The notes under the pieces: model-generated
What the model was told of the DNA's origin: nothing
The model's database searches: none
What the model saw: only the letters and a program-made list of their open reading frames with translations
Assembly (NCBI GenBank): GCA_964016885.1
Contig: OZ024745.1
Span: 113,398,001-113,462,000, forward strand
DNA length: 64,000 bases
DNA from: Eledone cirrhosa
Lineage: Eukaryota
Reading direction: 5' to 3'
Made by a program: the position numbers and the translations under genes
Shown here: positions 1 through 13,856 of the stretch, piece by piece
Layout of the letters: each line of letters begins with the position of its first letter
Numbering within the stretch: position 1 is the stretch's first letter

Positions 1-78
1 ATATATATTTATACACATCATACGTATACGCGCATGTAAATCAAAACATACACACACACGCACACACAAACCCTCACA

Positions 79-112
<34 letters not shown>

Positions 113-699
113 AATACACAAACATACACACGTACATATGAACGCCCATATACAGATGCAAATATGCGTACGTATATACACATGAAATATGCGCAGATAT
201 ATAAATAATACATGGCTGCACCCAGACATGTATATATACGTACAAATATAAATATGAATATACAAATTCTACTGCAGGCATAAATATATACGGTGTGTGA
301 GTGGGTGTAAGGTAACTGTTGTGGGGGATAGTGGTGGTGTTGGTGTATTGAGAAAGAGTAAAGAATATAAAGTGATGTAGTATAAAAGATTATGGGAATA
401 TATAATCATAAAAGCTATGATGGGTGAATGAATGAGTGGTAGTAGGATGGTATCGGTGTGAAAGTAAATATGTGAAATATATGAGATATATGAATATAAC
501 TTATGGAGATATAACTAAAATGTACATTACGGAAATATAAATATTATGGAATAATATATGGTGTTGATAGAAATGGTATGTGTGTTAGAGGAATAAAAAA
601 AAGGAATGAAAAAGCTGAAAAAGTGAAAAGTAGAGAAGAGGAAATGAAAAATGGAAAAATGTAAAGTTGATAAGTTGGAAAGAAGGGAAAAAATGACAT

Positions 700-1395
700 A
701 TTACAATGAAGCTCTTGTTCGGAGTGGATTTGTCGATAAAGTAACATATACTAGTATGAGCATAGACCAAGGAAAAATAGATCCCGACGCATTATATGGT
801 ATAACACCCCATATCATATTGAGGTGACCACACCATTCGCTAAGATCTTTCTCTCCCTTATTAAGAAGCATTTCCCCTCAGCACATAAATATAATAACAT
901 TTTTAATAGAAATACCATTAAAATATCTTAATCTACGACCCATAACTTTGCACATAACATCACTGCTTCAAATTTAGCTAAATTACCTAACCGTAGGAAC
1001 ACGTTCAAACCGGTAGGTAGTACTAACTGGAATTGTAGGAATCAGGTTGAATGCCCTCTATCCGGGAAATGCCTCTCCAGTAACATTGTCTACAAATGTA
1101 AGGTCGAAACACCCACGTCCCGTAGGGGCTACATAGGGGTAACTGCCAATAGATTCAAGCAGCGTATTTACATGCACGCCCATGCTTTTCTTAAACGCTT
1201 AAGAAGGAATATGACGTCACTTTCAGCTTATATCTGGAGTCTAAAAGACAACCACGCCCAATATAGGTTACACTGGGAGATCCTAGCTGAGGCTAGATCG
1301 TATAACGGAAATAAAAGACCATGCGATCATTGCGCCGCTGAAGCCCTGTAAATACTCTACGCCAATGACCACATCTTAAACAAAAAAATCTGAGT
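700..1395 (+). pseudogene. Penelope-like element, degraded RT-thumb/linker plus GIY-YIG endonuclease
   Basis: Manual translation gives YNEALVRSGF (frameshift) RKNRSRRIIWYNTPY..FLSLIKKHFP..IFNRNTIKIS*..NCRNQVECPLSGKCLSSNIVYKCKV..GYIGVTANRFKQR..HWEIL..CDHCAAEAL*. This matches the PLE CxC-CPL-C-IVY-YIG pattern, with stops and a frameshift. Confidence 0.88.
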
Positions 1396-2317
1396 GTAAA
1401 TACAAATTGTATAAAACTTTCCTGTATTACAGCCCCACATTATACCCTAACGGATAGTACGAACAATACGTGGATATTTACGTCTTGATATGGTAGCAAA
1501 GTATATTTTATGTTTATACCATTACTCATGTGTATAGGTATGTATACCTTACCCGTATGTTTTGTGAAGATACGTATACTTTCTCGTACGTATATATGCT
1601 TTTATTTGTTATAGGTGTATATATTATATTATATATACTGGTATATGTATATATGGTTATGTGTATATGTGTATTTTGTGTTTGGGTGTGTATGCGTGTA
1701 TGCGTGTTTGCATGTATGTAAGGTGTGTATATGTCTACATTGTGTTTTGGTTGACGTTCATTTGGTGAACATATGTATATTTACCTGAAGGTATGTGTGT
1801 GTGTGCGCTATATACGTATTTATGTGTGTATATTTATATACGTTAATATAATTATATGTATTATATATTTTTTATGTGTATTTAGTGTATACGTTCGTAT
1901 GTGTGCGGTTAAAAGTGTTACGCAGGTTTATGTGTACATGCATATATATGCATGCATTGCGGGTGTTTCTGCATATTCACGTGTTTGTATATCGATGCGT
2001 GTATGTATATATTTAATTATTATTGATTTTAATAACCTCTGCCATTTTTGTTCTTCTAATTTATTTACATTATTCTTAACTCTGAAGCCGAGAATCATTC
2101 GGTTTCCTAAATAGAATACTAGTCTCCGACTTCATTTATACCACAAACGTGGTTTTGTCTTTTCGTGTATTTGTTCTCATAACGACGTATTATCTTTGCT
2201 TTTTTCCGTTCATTGCCAGGCAACGTCTTCACGAACCACAATTTCGTCTTGCTGTTTTCCTTCGGTTGTAACGTTTTTCGAAATATATAGTTCTGCGTTC
2301 ACAGATTGATTTTTTTT

Positions 2318-2368
2318 AGTTTCAGACGATTCCGTTAAGAGTGAAAGCAACTATTCTTTGCTTAAACT
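2318..2368 (+). ncRNA. Type I hammerhead-like ribozyme, family A, variant core CAGACGA
   Basis: agttt-CAGACGA-ttccgttaagagt-GAAA-gcaa(ctattct)ttgc-TT-aaact. Stems I and III pair; stem II is weak in this copy. Confidence 0.6.
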
Positions 2369-2389
2369 TTAATCTGTTATTTTATAAAT

Positions 2390-2824
2390 ACTAGCAGAAT
2401 AGCCCAGCGTTGCTCGGGATTCTAAACATAGATTGGCATGTTTAACCCTCCTTTCTGAAATGGTACAGAGAATTACGGAATATCTCGGCCTTGCGACCGT
2501 CAAACAGCAGATTCCACAGATGATTCGTTGGCTTGCCCTGTTCTTTTTCTTGCCGCTTTCGCAGTATTTCGGCCAATGGAGTATCTCTTCTTTCGAGGCA
2601 TGACCTAAATACAGGACGAAGTACACTAAGACTAACTGGTAGAGTAAGGAGTAAACTCATCAGTGATTTCCGAACCGTTGCCTATGTAATTGCTAAGCCA
2701 TGATTGCCATCTTAATCGGGGCGCGACGTTATAGCTATGTATCTATCTGCATTACGACATTATGACAACATTGACTTCGCTATCTGTGTGTGTGTGTGTG
2801 TATATGTATATATATATATATAGC

Positions 2825-2880
<56 letters not shown>

Positions 2881-3006
2881 ATAATAAATTTGAAGACTAA
2901 AATCCAAAGAGGGCTTGATAAGGATAAATATATATCAAATGTATAAGAACCGTAGAGCAAATATATATATATATATATATATATATAGTGTGTGTGTGTA
3001 TAGTAA

Positions 3007-3050
<44 letters not shown>

Positions 3051-3433
3051 TGTGTGTGTATAGTGAAATAATTGCTTCTACTTTAGGCACAAGGCCAGCA
3101 ATTACCCAGTGCATTACTGGTACTTTATTTTATCGACCCCGTAAGGATGAAAGGCAAAGTCAACCTCGGCGGGATTTGAACTCAGATCGTAAAGGGACTT
3201 AACTATGCTGGAAAGCATGGCGTCCGACCCCCTACCGATACTGCCGATACTGTGTATAGTGAAATAATGAAGAGTAACATGGTTGGCTGTACAATAAAAG
3301 GGCTTTATTTCAAGTACTGACAATTGTTTCATTGATCAAGTGAGTCTAGGAGTCGCTAAGCGTCTGAAGTTGCGTCACTCGATCTCCAATACATTATTTA
3401 ACTCTGATCAACACATCATAGTACGTGTATATG

Positions 3434-3518
<85 letters not shown>

Positions 3519-3985
3519 TTAGTCGAACCAAAGAGGGCTCGATAAGGATAAATATATATCAAATATATAAAAACCCTAGAGCAAATATTTTTCTCATCGC
3601 TGACTTATTATCTTCGCTTTTTTCCGTTCATTGCCAGGGAACGTCTTCACGAGCCAAAGTATCGTCATATTGTTTTCCTTCGGTTGTAACGTTTTTCGAA
3701 ATATTTACTTCTGCGTTTTATGTTTTCATTACATCGTAATGCAGACAACCAGACACACAAACAGATATTATAAGGGCGCGACGTTATAGCTATGTATCTA
3801 TCTAAAAAGACAGACTAAAAAAGAGAAATCGCTAACCGCCGCCTAATGCGGTCCCTAGGGTATTGCAATTTCGCTCAAAACACTCACACGACCATAAGTA
3901 TTACATGAATAGAGTTTGAAAAAATAGGTTGGGTGGTTCTCGGGTTTTAGGGAGACAGACAGAGAGACATTCTCTGTTTGATATA
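2390..3985 (-). mobile_element. Non-autonomous Helitron-like composite with 3' end at 2390
   Basis: The reverse complement of 2390-2420 is the cccgagcaacgctggg hairpin followed by ...CTAG, a typical Helitron 3' end. Segment 3735-3985 is the reverse complement of 56160-56440. The interior holds PLE family A fragments and a SINE. Confidence 0.55.
3068..3250 (-). mobile_element. tRNA-derived SINE (main family) with target-site duplication
   Basis: A-box-like GGCAGTATCGG and B-box GAGTTCAAATCC on the minus strand; flanked by the direct repeat tgtgtatagtgaaataat; more than 10 copies in the window. Confidence 0.9.
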
Positions 3986-4189
3986 TATATATATATATTT
4001 GTTTTGCAAGGTTTTGGTATGAAATCGTGTGTCGAAACAAATATTGTTATACTTGGGGGAGGGGGGAGGTATATTGTTATGATGTTATTTCTGGCAATAT
4101 TATAACAATATGACGCACCCCAAGTATAGCAATATATATATATATATATATATGGGGGGGGGGGGTTATCAGGGGGGGGGGTTATCAGA

Positions 4190-4335
4190 ATGGAAGCGGT
4201 AAAAACAGTTAGAACAATACTCACCCCAGTACTCGACACTTGAGGTGGTAGAGTCGGTAATATGAAACATTCGGGACCCCAACGGCTTAGTTGTTGAAAC
4301 AGCAGGAGATCAGCCGTCGGGGTCCCGAATTTTTC

Positions 4336-4340
<5 letters not shown>
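4190..4340. mobile_element. Short PLE-tail-like element (family B variant) with fold-back half-HHR
   Basis: Similar to 25712-25918, with inverted arms at 4261-4339 and a fragment at 6215-6265. Confidence 0.6.
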
Positions 4341-4402
<62 letters not shown>

Positions 4403-4515
4403 GTTTGTATATGTATAATAAAGTCAAAACAATGCAGGTATGGACATAGAATAAAGAATGCAAATGCAAAGATATTGTTGACAATTAGTCTTTTACCTTA
4501 GATTTATTTAAATGT

Positions 4516-4550
4516 CCTTAATTTTCGAGATAATATCTCTTCTTCGGAGG
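4516..4550 (-). ncRNA. Minimal hammerhead-like motif (core CCGAAGA) at the 3' end of a PLE
   Basis: Minus strand reads cct-CCGAAGA-agagatattatctc-GAAA-atta-agg and lies downstream of the GIY-YIG remnant at 4935-5400. Confidence 0.55.
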
Positions 4551-4934
4551 GAAGTAAAGCGGTTAAACCAGTGTTCTAAATAGCTTGCCAAGTCATGCTG
4601 ACAGGAAATGGTATAGAGTACCTGTTCTATCTAATGTCAAAGAGTTAAGGTTAGGTGGATAAAGAGTAGTTTCCCTTTAAAAGGGTTTTTTTTTTTGTAC
4701 ATGCCTATTTAAGTGTGTGGGAGAATGCATGAAGCTGTAAGTATGTGAGTGTGTGTCTGTGAGTGTGAGAAGATATGTCTATACGTAAATGTGGGGGATA
4801 GATGTTATCTCGTGTTAGAACTGGTCTGTGTGTGTGTATGTGTGTGTGTGAGAGAGAATAAGTGGAGGTGTAAGCGTGTGTGTGTGTGTGTGTGTGTAAA
4901 TATGGGGCTAGAAGCTCTATCAAGTTATAAATTG

Positions 4935-5400
4935 GGTGTTGAGTTCTAGTCTATTATTGATTGGTGGTTGTGTTTTGTCTATAATTAGTGCTTCCTTAAT
5001 TCTAAGATTGCCGAGGTTTCTTTCCTTAGTTTCTATCCTAACTGTTATGGTTATGTCGGTGTTTTTGCATTTAACTAGGTGTTTCTTAAATGAGGAAGCG
5101 TTAGTATTGAGGTGTTCTTTATTCTTATGTGGAGTGGTCTGGTGGTGCTACCTACGTAGAAGTTGCTGCATTTGTCACACTCTAGTCTATATACGACGTA
5201 AGCCTGGTGACATAGGTCTGTGTCGTTGATGGGGCTGTTGGCTAGCCTGCAGCAGTTGTCATGTCTGGTGGAGTGTCTTTTAGTTAGCTGTCGGCGTAGA
5301 GAAGGACCTGAGTGGGCCAGTTAGATATCTAGTCCCTCTCGTCTGATAGCTCTGCGGATTACTGTTGTTGTTTATACCTCATTACACAATGCTTCAAGTG
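4935..5400 (-). pseudogene. Penelope-like GIY-YIG endonuclease remnant
   Basis: Manual translation: LCHQAYVVYRLECDKCSNFYVGSTTRPLHIRIK (frameshift) EHLNTNASSFKKHL..NLRIKEALIIDKTQPPINNRLEL. Confidence 0.88.
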
Positions 5401-5414
5401 AACTATAACCTCCT

Positions 5415-6327
<913 letters not shown>

Positions 6328-6331
<4 letters not shown>

Positions 6332-7205
6332 GGTTTAGCAAATAAGAAAAAGTTTCAAAATAATTTTTTTTAAATTAACTTTACTCACTATGGTTACCTT
6401 TACCGAATTTCAAGTTTCGAGTTTCAAAAATAAATGTACAGTCCTTACGGCATCCATTGCAAAGAAAAACTCTCGTCAGAAGGATCTTTTCACTCGGAGA
6501 ATATAAAATGTTCGAGTTCAAATTACGAACTGGCGCTATTCAAAATTGTTCCCGAGATGAGAGTAAATGATGTGGGAGCAATTCCTTCAAGTGTCGTGTG
6601 TAAAGATAGAAGCAAAGGCAGGGAGGTCAGTCTACTATCACTATAACTAGCAGCAGTCAGAACGACCAAATTTGCGCATAGGGACACATGTATTATCCAA
6701 CCATATGCCAATGTGGTTCAATGGCAGGTAAATAAATTAACGAGCCAGAACCTATATAATCAAGGTTTAGCAAATAAGAAAAAGTTTCAAAATAAATTAA
6801 AAAAATTTAACTTTACTCACTATGGTTACCTTTACCGAATCGGTTTCGATTTGCTTCTTGAAGGAATTGCTCCCACATCATTTACTCTCATCTCGGGAAC
6901 AATTTTGAATAGCGCCAGTTCGTAATTTGAACTCGGAAATTTTATATTCTCCGAGTGAAAAGATCCTTCTGACGAGAGTTTTTCTTTGCAATGGATGCCG
7001 TAAGGACTGTCCATTTATTTTTGAAACTCGAAACCGATTCGGTAAAGGTAACCATAGTGAGTAAAGTTAATTTTTTAAAATTTATTTTGAAACATTTTCT
7101 TATTTGCTAAACCTTGATTATATATGTTCTGGCTCGTTAATTTATTAACCTGCCATTGAACCACATTGGCATATGGTTGGACAATACATGTGTCCCTATG
7201 CGCTT
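6328..7205. mobile_element. Rearranged fold-back pLTR-like element with HHR, inserted in (TA)n
   Basis: 6328-6590 is the reverse complement of about 6857-7117; 6675-6850 is the reverse complement of about 7028-7203; flanked by (TA)n. Confidence 0.8.
6965..7048 (+). ncRNA. Type I hammerhead ribozyme with extended (54-nt) stem II
   Basis: cctt-CTGACGA-gagttt...aaactc-GAAA-ccga(t)tcg-GTA-aagg has a canonical core and three stems. The antisense copy at about 6398-6483 has a mutated stem III. Confidence 0.88.
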
Positions 7206-7228
7206 TGTGCGTGTAGGGATATATACTT

Positions 7229-7258
<30 letters not shown>

Positions 7259-7259
<1 letters not shown>

Positions 7260-7447
7260 ACTGTTTCTACTTTTGGTACAAGGCCAGCAATTACCCAGTA
7301 CATTACTGGTACTTTATTTTATCAACCCCATAAGGATGAAAGGCAAACTTAACCTCGGCGGGATTTGAACTCAGATTGTAAAGGGATGTAACTATGCTGC
7401 AAAGCATGGCGTCCGACTCTCTACCGATACTGCCAATTCACCGCCCC
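7259..7447 (-). mobile_element. tRNA-derived SINE, full length
   Basis: Same family as 3068-3250. Confidence 0.9.
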
Positions 7448-7553
7448 TATATATATAAATAACGAAGGAGGTGTGGTAAGGAACCAGATGGACCATAACG
7501 AACCAGAGTACTCAGTACTTAGTGTAGTAGCGTTGGTAATAGGAAAATGTTTT

Positions 7554-7612
<59 letters not shown>

Positions 7613-8450
7613 AGTAAGCTAAAAGGATCAGCCGAAAACTTCATAGGTTGACCAAAATACTCTCATTGAATAACCAAATGAAATTCATTTTTCAACATAT
7701 TCCCTAGAAAGAAACAATATAGTTATTAAGAAGGGTTGAAATTGTTGCATGCAAGATTATACAATACTACCATACTCAGCCTATGAAACTTTCAGCTTAC
7801 CCTCGTATATAGGAAATAACTTGTTGAATCATATTTAAGGATGGCCTGACGTAATAATAGATAAATAACGTATTTAGGGGAACACATATGCGTTGTCTAG
7901 TATTTCGATCTTTAGAGAAATAAAACGAAACATGAATTATATTTGATCAGAACTCGACATTTATTTCAATATGTTACTACTATTAGAACTTGTGTTATAG
8001 ACGCCGACAGAAAAGAACAGCTTAGAATCTCTGGGGATAATCAGCTTTGTAACCCATCCATAGAAATATAATCAATTCCTTGCTCTACCACCACATTTAT
8101 ATCCTCTCATAAAGACAATCTAATGAAATTAAATTACTATCTGAGTATGTAGGCGTCAATATGGTTATATCCTTTCAATATATTAAATAGATTTCATCGA
8201 GTTGAGTCTAAATATTAGATAAAGAAAGCATAAAGCAGTATAATATTTGTTTGAGGTTTCTTTTATGAGAAAAATATGATTATGTCCCACGATATAGATT
8301 TACCATAGTCAGTTCAGTTGATTCTGCTATTTTGATGATATATATTTTTCCAATTGTTGAAGAATGAAATAAAAAGTCGAGTCCATCCAATAGTATTAGG
8401 ACTGCAAACGGTGAGCGTTGTAATCAGTAGTGTACACTATCTAGTTCCCA

Positions 8451-8506
<56 letters not shown>

Positions 8507-8513
<7 letters not shown>

Positions 8514-9072
8514 AAAAAATGGGGAGAAGAATACTGCAGGTTGCACATGGATAACATGTTATAAAATGAGTCCCTCATCAGTGATTTGCCAACGATCATA
8601 GATATTTCATTGCATTAAAAATCATATACCTCACGTTGGTGCAATAATAACTAAATTAAGTTATTAGGACAATTAAAACGCGTAAAGCGAGTGAGACAAG
8701 TAAACAACAAAGAGGAAAGCTAACCGTAGATAGGAAGGGAACAAGCTACATAGTTATTCTGTTAGCATAAGCTAGGTGAATATATGAGCGCTTAGAAAAA
8801 AGACCTTTCGAGATGAATCCAAATGTAAGAAAGAAGGAAAATGTATTCGTCGCGAACGGGGTGAAGTGAGAAGGGGAGAAACAGTGAGTGAGTGAGTGGA
8901 AGTGACATGACAGAGGGGGCGAAAGAAAGTAGGAGAAACAGAGAGAACGAGGGAGCAGTAAGAGAGAGAGAGAGAAAAACAGAATCGCAGTTTAGGTAAA
9001 TATATGTGAAAAAATGGGGAGAAGAATACTGCAGGTTGCACATGGATAACATGTTATAAAATGAGTCCCTCA
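8507..9072 (-). mobile_element. About 500-bp pLTR-like repeat (family F) with 65-bp terminal direct repeat
   Basis: 8507-8577 matches 9006-9072. The whole unit is the reverse complement of 22388-22915, with diverged copies at 25535-25632 and 52960-53172. It carries atca-CTGATGA-gggact with no matching GAAA half. Confidence 0.75.
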
Positions 9073-9084
9073 TATATATGTATC

Positions 9085-9148
<64 letters not shown>

Positions 9149-9261
9149 TCTGAGCAAATAAATTAAATATGTAGAGGTATCGGTTTACATATATATGTTT
9201 ACACGCAGATATACATGTACAGACACTCTCACGCACACAAACACACATATATATATATATT

Positions 9262-9640
9262 TATTAAGATAACAGATTAAAGTTTAAGCAAAGAATCGTT
9301 GCTTTCACCCTTAACGGGATCTTCTGAAACTAAAAAAAAAATCTGTGAACGTAGAAGTAAATATTTCGAAAAATGCTGCAATCGAAGGAAAACAGGAATA
9401 CGATACTTTGGTTCGTGAAGACGTTCCTGGCAAGGAACGGAAAAGAACGAAGATAATACGTCGTTATGTGGAACGTGAGAACAATTACACGCAAAGACAA
9501 AACCACGTTTATGATATAATTTAGGAAACCGAATGATTCTCGGCTTCAGAGTTAAGAATAATGTAAATAAATTAGTAGAACGAAAATGACAGATGTTATT
9601 AAAATCAATAATAATTAAATATACATACACACATCTATAT
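9262..9640 (-). mobile_element. PLE family A pLTR copy with HHR at 9281-9331
   Basis: Reverse complement of 2000-2385. The minus strand reads agttt-CAGAAGA-tcccgttaagggt-GAAA-gcaacgattctttgc-TT-aaact. Confidence 0.85.
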
Positions 9641-10029
9641 ACGTACGTTCACGTGCATACGCGAAAACATCCGCCATGCATACATATACATGCATGTACA
9701 CATAAACACGCGCACACATAGACACGCGCACACATAAACCCTTGCGAAACATGTACCCGCACACATAGGAACGTATACACCAAATGCACATTCGTCTTCA
9801 CGAACTAAAGTATCGTCTTCCTGTTTTCGTTCGGTTGCAACGTTTTTCGAAATATTTACTTCTGCGTTCACAGATTGATTTGTAATTTTCCAGTATAACG
9901 TATACTGGTGTTGATAAACATCAGCCTCACAAGTTTTGAAAGTGCCTGCTCATAAGCCCAAAGAAAGTATTTTATAAAGGTAACGCTTCTAACACCTACT
10001 CTGAGATGTTATGCAACATTTCATCCCTA

Positions 10030-10250
10030 TTATGGTAGGTGTGTAGGCTGCATTGTTTTCTGCGGAGGCCGAAGAAATGATTTCCATTATTGTAGACCTG
10101 AAGCTCGATTGTCTTCAGAGGAGGCTATGGATGTTAGTTCTATTATTGTAGTCGTATTGCTGTATTGTCTTCGGATGAAGCCACAGATCTTAGTTCCGTT
10201 ACTGTAGTCGTGTAAATGTATTGTCTGCTGAGGAGGCATTCCAGATATTC
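10030..10250. repeat. Degenerate tandem repeat of about 57 bp (3-4 units)
   Basis: The motif (c)attattgtag ... ttgtcttc..ggaggc recurs at about 56-58 bp spacing. Confidence 0.5.
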
Positions 10251-11639
10251 CAGTTCTGAAACGTATCACTAAAGTACAGCACTTTCATTAAAAGGATGAA
10301 GGAAGTAAACGAAACAGTATAATCATGACTTCCAATTAACTTTAAAAATCTAACAATGCAAAAGTGTTCCATTGTTTCTCAACGAACTAAAGTGATTGAA
10401 ATATCTTCTATAAGAACCATGTTAATGGCAGGTATTCTGCATTCAAGAACTTCGTTGTTTACATTAGAATCTACAACACTAAAAGGCTTGCTAACAACAA
10501 ACATATTTCAAAAGATGCACACACTTGTAGCTCTGTTGATTTTAATAATTACCCACCTGATGCCAAATGCTTGCGAAGTCTGTGGTTAGATGCGGTAAAA
10601 TGCTCTTAAGTGGCAACGTTCCACCGAAATCTTACATCGAATTAACCGAACAAATTTTCAAAGTACTAATCTACCAGCATAGACGTCTTTTCACTAAGCT
10701 TCAAAAACTGTTGCAAGAGTTTTATTGAAATACATTTGTTTTCTCGGGGGCAACAAACGATTACACCAACAGCTATATATTTTTTACGCCCAAGCTCAGT
10801 TGCATGTTTCTATTAGTGAGAAAACCCGTGTACTTCAGCAAGATCTCAATGGATTAAATTTATAGTTAGAACTTTTATATTACCCAAATATATATTGGTT
10901 TTATCATCAATATATTTTATTACCCTTCCACATCATTTATTACCATTTAATTTATCTGATCTTATTTAGTGTATATTTTTATTTATGTGTTTTATCACAT
11001 TTAATTGAAATGTTGCACGAAATTTCATACCCCGTGGGCCATAAACTTTCAAAAAATCAAGTTCTCCTACGCTTTTCTATAACGCATTGTCTTTTTTCTA
11101 TTTTCTTCTGTGTGTAAAATATCGATTTGATTGCATATAACTGTAACCTCATATGACATAGCCCTACTAAAAAAAAAAAAAAATTAAATTTCTGTCCATG
11201 TAGCCCTTCAAGATATTTTCAATATATTCTATTCTTGAATAGTTCTGTTTTTAGTATTTTTAATATTTCCTTTTTATTATAAACATTGTAATACGTTTTC
11301 AAATAATCGCAGCGTCACACAACTTTCCTCCGAAAAATACCACCACCCGCACACACACTAACAATCATATTGTAAACCACGATATATTCAATTTTCTATA
11401 TTTTCGTTATTTACAATACATTTCATTTAAAATTTCTACCATTCACCTTATGTAGAGTCACGCATCGTCACACGTTTCTTTTACTTTTTAGAAAAGAAAA
11501 CAATTGAAACTTGTTTCATGTGATATTTTATGAAGATATTTTCACCACCCTCAATCTTTCTTTATACATCTTTTGATTATAAACGAGTAGAAGACCAATA
11601 TCCATAATCATACATGTATGACAACGCTAAAATCTAAAC

Positions 11640-11962
11640 ACTTATCATTCTCAATGCGTGTGCAGTACCAGTTAATAAAAAAGTTTTTGACCCCCTACAG
11701 AGATGGTAAACCAGAGATCATTCTCAAATGCGGCACTGTTCCATTTTGATAATTCCTAATGCTCCTACAATCACTGGTATTGTAACGGCCTTGCAGAGCC
11801 ACATTGTTTCAATTTCAATGAGCAAATCTTTATATTTTCTGAGCTTCTCAAATCCTTTTGCACAATATTGTGATCACATGGGATGCTCTTATTAATCAAT
11901 GAACATACTTTGTTATGTTGGTCTTTTACAATAATATCGGGTCTATTAACTTTGATGGCCCT
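11640..11962 (-). pseudogene. 3' fragment of an RLE-type non-LTR retrotransposon (R4/Dong-like restriction-like endonuclease)
   Basis: [31 protein letters not shown], then after frameshifts AVTIPVIVGALGIIK..LRMISGLPSL..LTGTAHALR, the PD-(D/E)xK RLE C-terminus pattern. Confidence 0.8.
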
Positions 11963-12094
11963 TATATATATACACACACACACGGACACACACAAACACA
12001 CACATATATATATATATGTGTGTGTGTGTGTACAAATATATACATATACATGTGTGTGCGTGTATGTATGTATATATGTATATATATATGTATC

Positions 12095-12189
<95 letters not shown>

Positions 12190-12193
<4 letters not shown>

Positions 12194-12520
12194 ATAATAA
12201 TAAATTTGAAGATTAAAATCCAAAGAGGGCTCGATAAGGATAAATATATATCAAATATATAATAACCGTAGAGCAAATATTTATTAAAATAACAGATTAA
12301 AGTTTAAGCAAAGAATCGCTGCTTTCATCCTTAACGGATCTTCTGCAACTAACAAAATCAATTTGTGAACGCAGAAGTAAATATTTCAAAAAACGTTGCA
12401 ACGTTTTTTGAAAATATTTACTTCTGCGTTCACAGATTGATTTTGTTAGTTGCAGAAGATTCCGTTAAGGGTGAAAGCAGCGATTCTTTGCTTAAACTTT
12501 AATCTGTTATTTTAATAAAT
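12190..12520. mobile_element. PLE family A fold-back: about 240-bp palindrome with two opposed HHRs (12301-12350 minus, 12448-12498 plus)
   Basis: Arms 12280-12397 and 12398-12520 are centred on aacgttgcaacgtt. The 3' tail 12190-12280 abuts (TA)n, and the same tail occurs at 2875-2962, 3525-3590, 52038-52135 and 56795-56845. Confidence 0.85.
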
Positions 12521-13574
12521 ATATATATATATATATATGGAAAGTTATATTTAAATTGTTGGGTTACAACTAGTAAATATTTATAACTGATATAAAAGCA
12601 CTCAACAAGTATTTGGAGTATATTTACGATATTAAATAAATGGAAACTATATTTATAAAACCATATTTATTTCATTATATATATTTCAGGGATATCATAT
12701 TAACAATATGTTATGCCTTCTTCAGACAAAATACAATATAGACAGTTTTATAGATAAATAGATTTGACATACCGTTCAACATCGACTTGTATTTGAAAAA
12801 GTTGATTTGGCAGTGAAAAATTGTAAACAGAAAGAAAGAAAGAAAGAAAGAAGGAAAGAAAGAAAGAAAGAAGGAAAGAAAGAAAGAAAAAGAAAAAAAG
12901 AAGAAATGCATGCAACAAAATAGAGAGATGGAAAGATAGATAAAGAGAAGAACTTCATGTAAAGAAACAGAGAGAGAGATATATAGAGAGAGGAAATAGA
13001 TAGAGATAGATATATATAGAGAAAAGTAGGTAGTTGAACATCCGTTGAATGACGTATCAATGATACCTTTATTTATTTATTTATTTATTTAGCTCTAGTA
13101 TTAATGTAAGGGAGATATATGTGGTTAGGAAAGAAACCAGCCGTTATATAGAGAGAAAAATGAAAAGTAACCAGACATAGGCGAGGCAAAATTTAAAAAC
13201 CCTATGTTTTAATGTAGAAATATTAGTTCGTATAAAAACCTGGCACTATAATGTAAATATCAGTATTCCTGAATGAGACACGTATCTATAATGTGTGAAA
13301 AGTAATGATCTTATGTCTAGTTTTAAAAATTCATATGTTTATATGATAACTACAAACATCGATGTGAATTTACGTGATCAACTCTGCAAACCCCTATTTC
13401 ACACGGAGAACATTCTCATTGTGCTATAAAAATTTAAGTATACATATATGTGTATATATACACATATATATATAGAGTCTATATTAATTTTAACAATACT
13501 ATTCTTGTCTTTACTCTACATGATTATCTATCAAGCAGAAATAGAGAACAGATTTCAATATATTAATATTTAAT

Positions 13575-13613
<39 letters not shown>

Positions 13614-13731
13614 AATAAAAAAATATCAGAAACAAAAAATAATAATAATAATAATAATAAACAAATAAATAAAATAGAAAACTAAAAAATATTACATATT
13701 AAAAATAAAAATATTAAAATATAAAAAAAAG

Positions 13732-13784
<53 letters not shown>

Positions 13785-13788
13785 TATA

Positions 13789-13856
<68 letters not shown>

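Larger units (their letters stand above)
700..2390 (+). mobile_element. Penelope-like retroelement (family A): ORF remnant, microsatellite-rich 3' region and HHR-bearing pLTR
   Basis: The GIY-YIG remnant is followed by a 3' region (2000-2385) that recurs at 9262-9640 (-), 12190-12520 and 56525-56640 and ends in a hammerhead fold. Confidence 0.75.

Noticed and set aside
10030-10250. CRISPR-like or LRR-coding periodicity
   Set aside because: The units are degenerate along their whole length, with no repeat/spacer structure, no consistent frame and a eukaryotic context.
10330-10760. Possible degraded hAT-like transposase on the minus strand
   Set aside because: Only a vague motif resemblance with many stops and no TIRs found; it needs tBLASTn to support.
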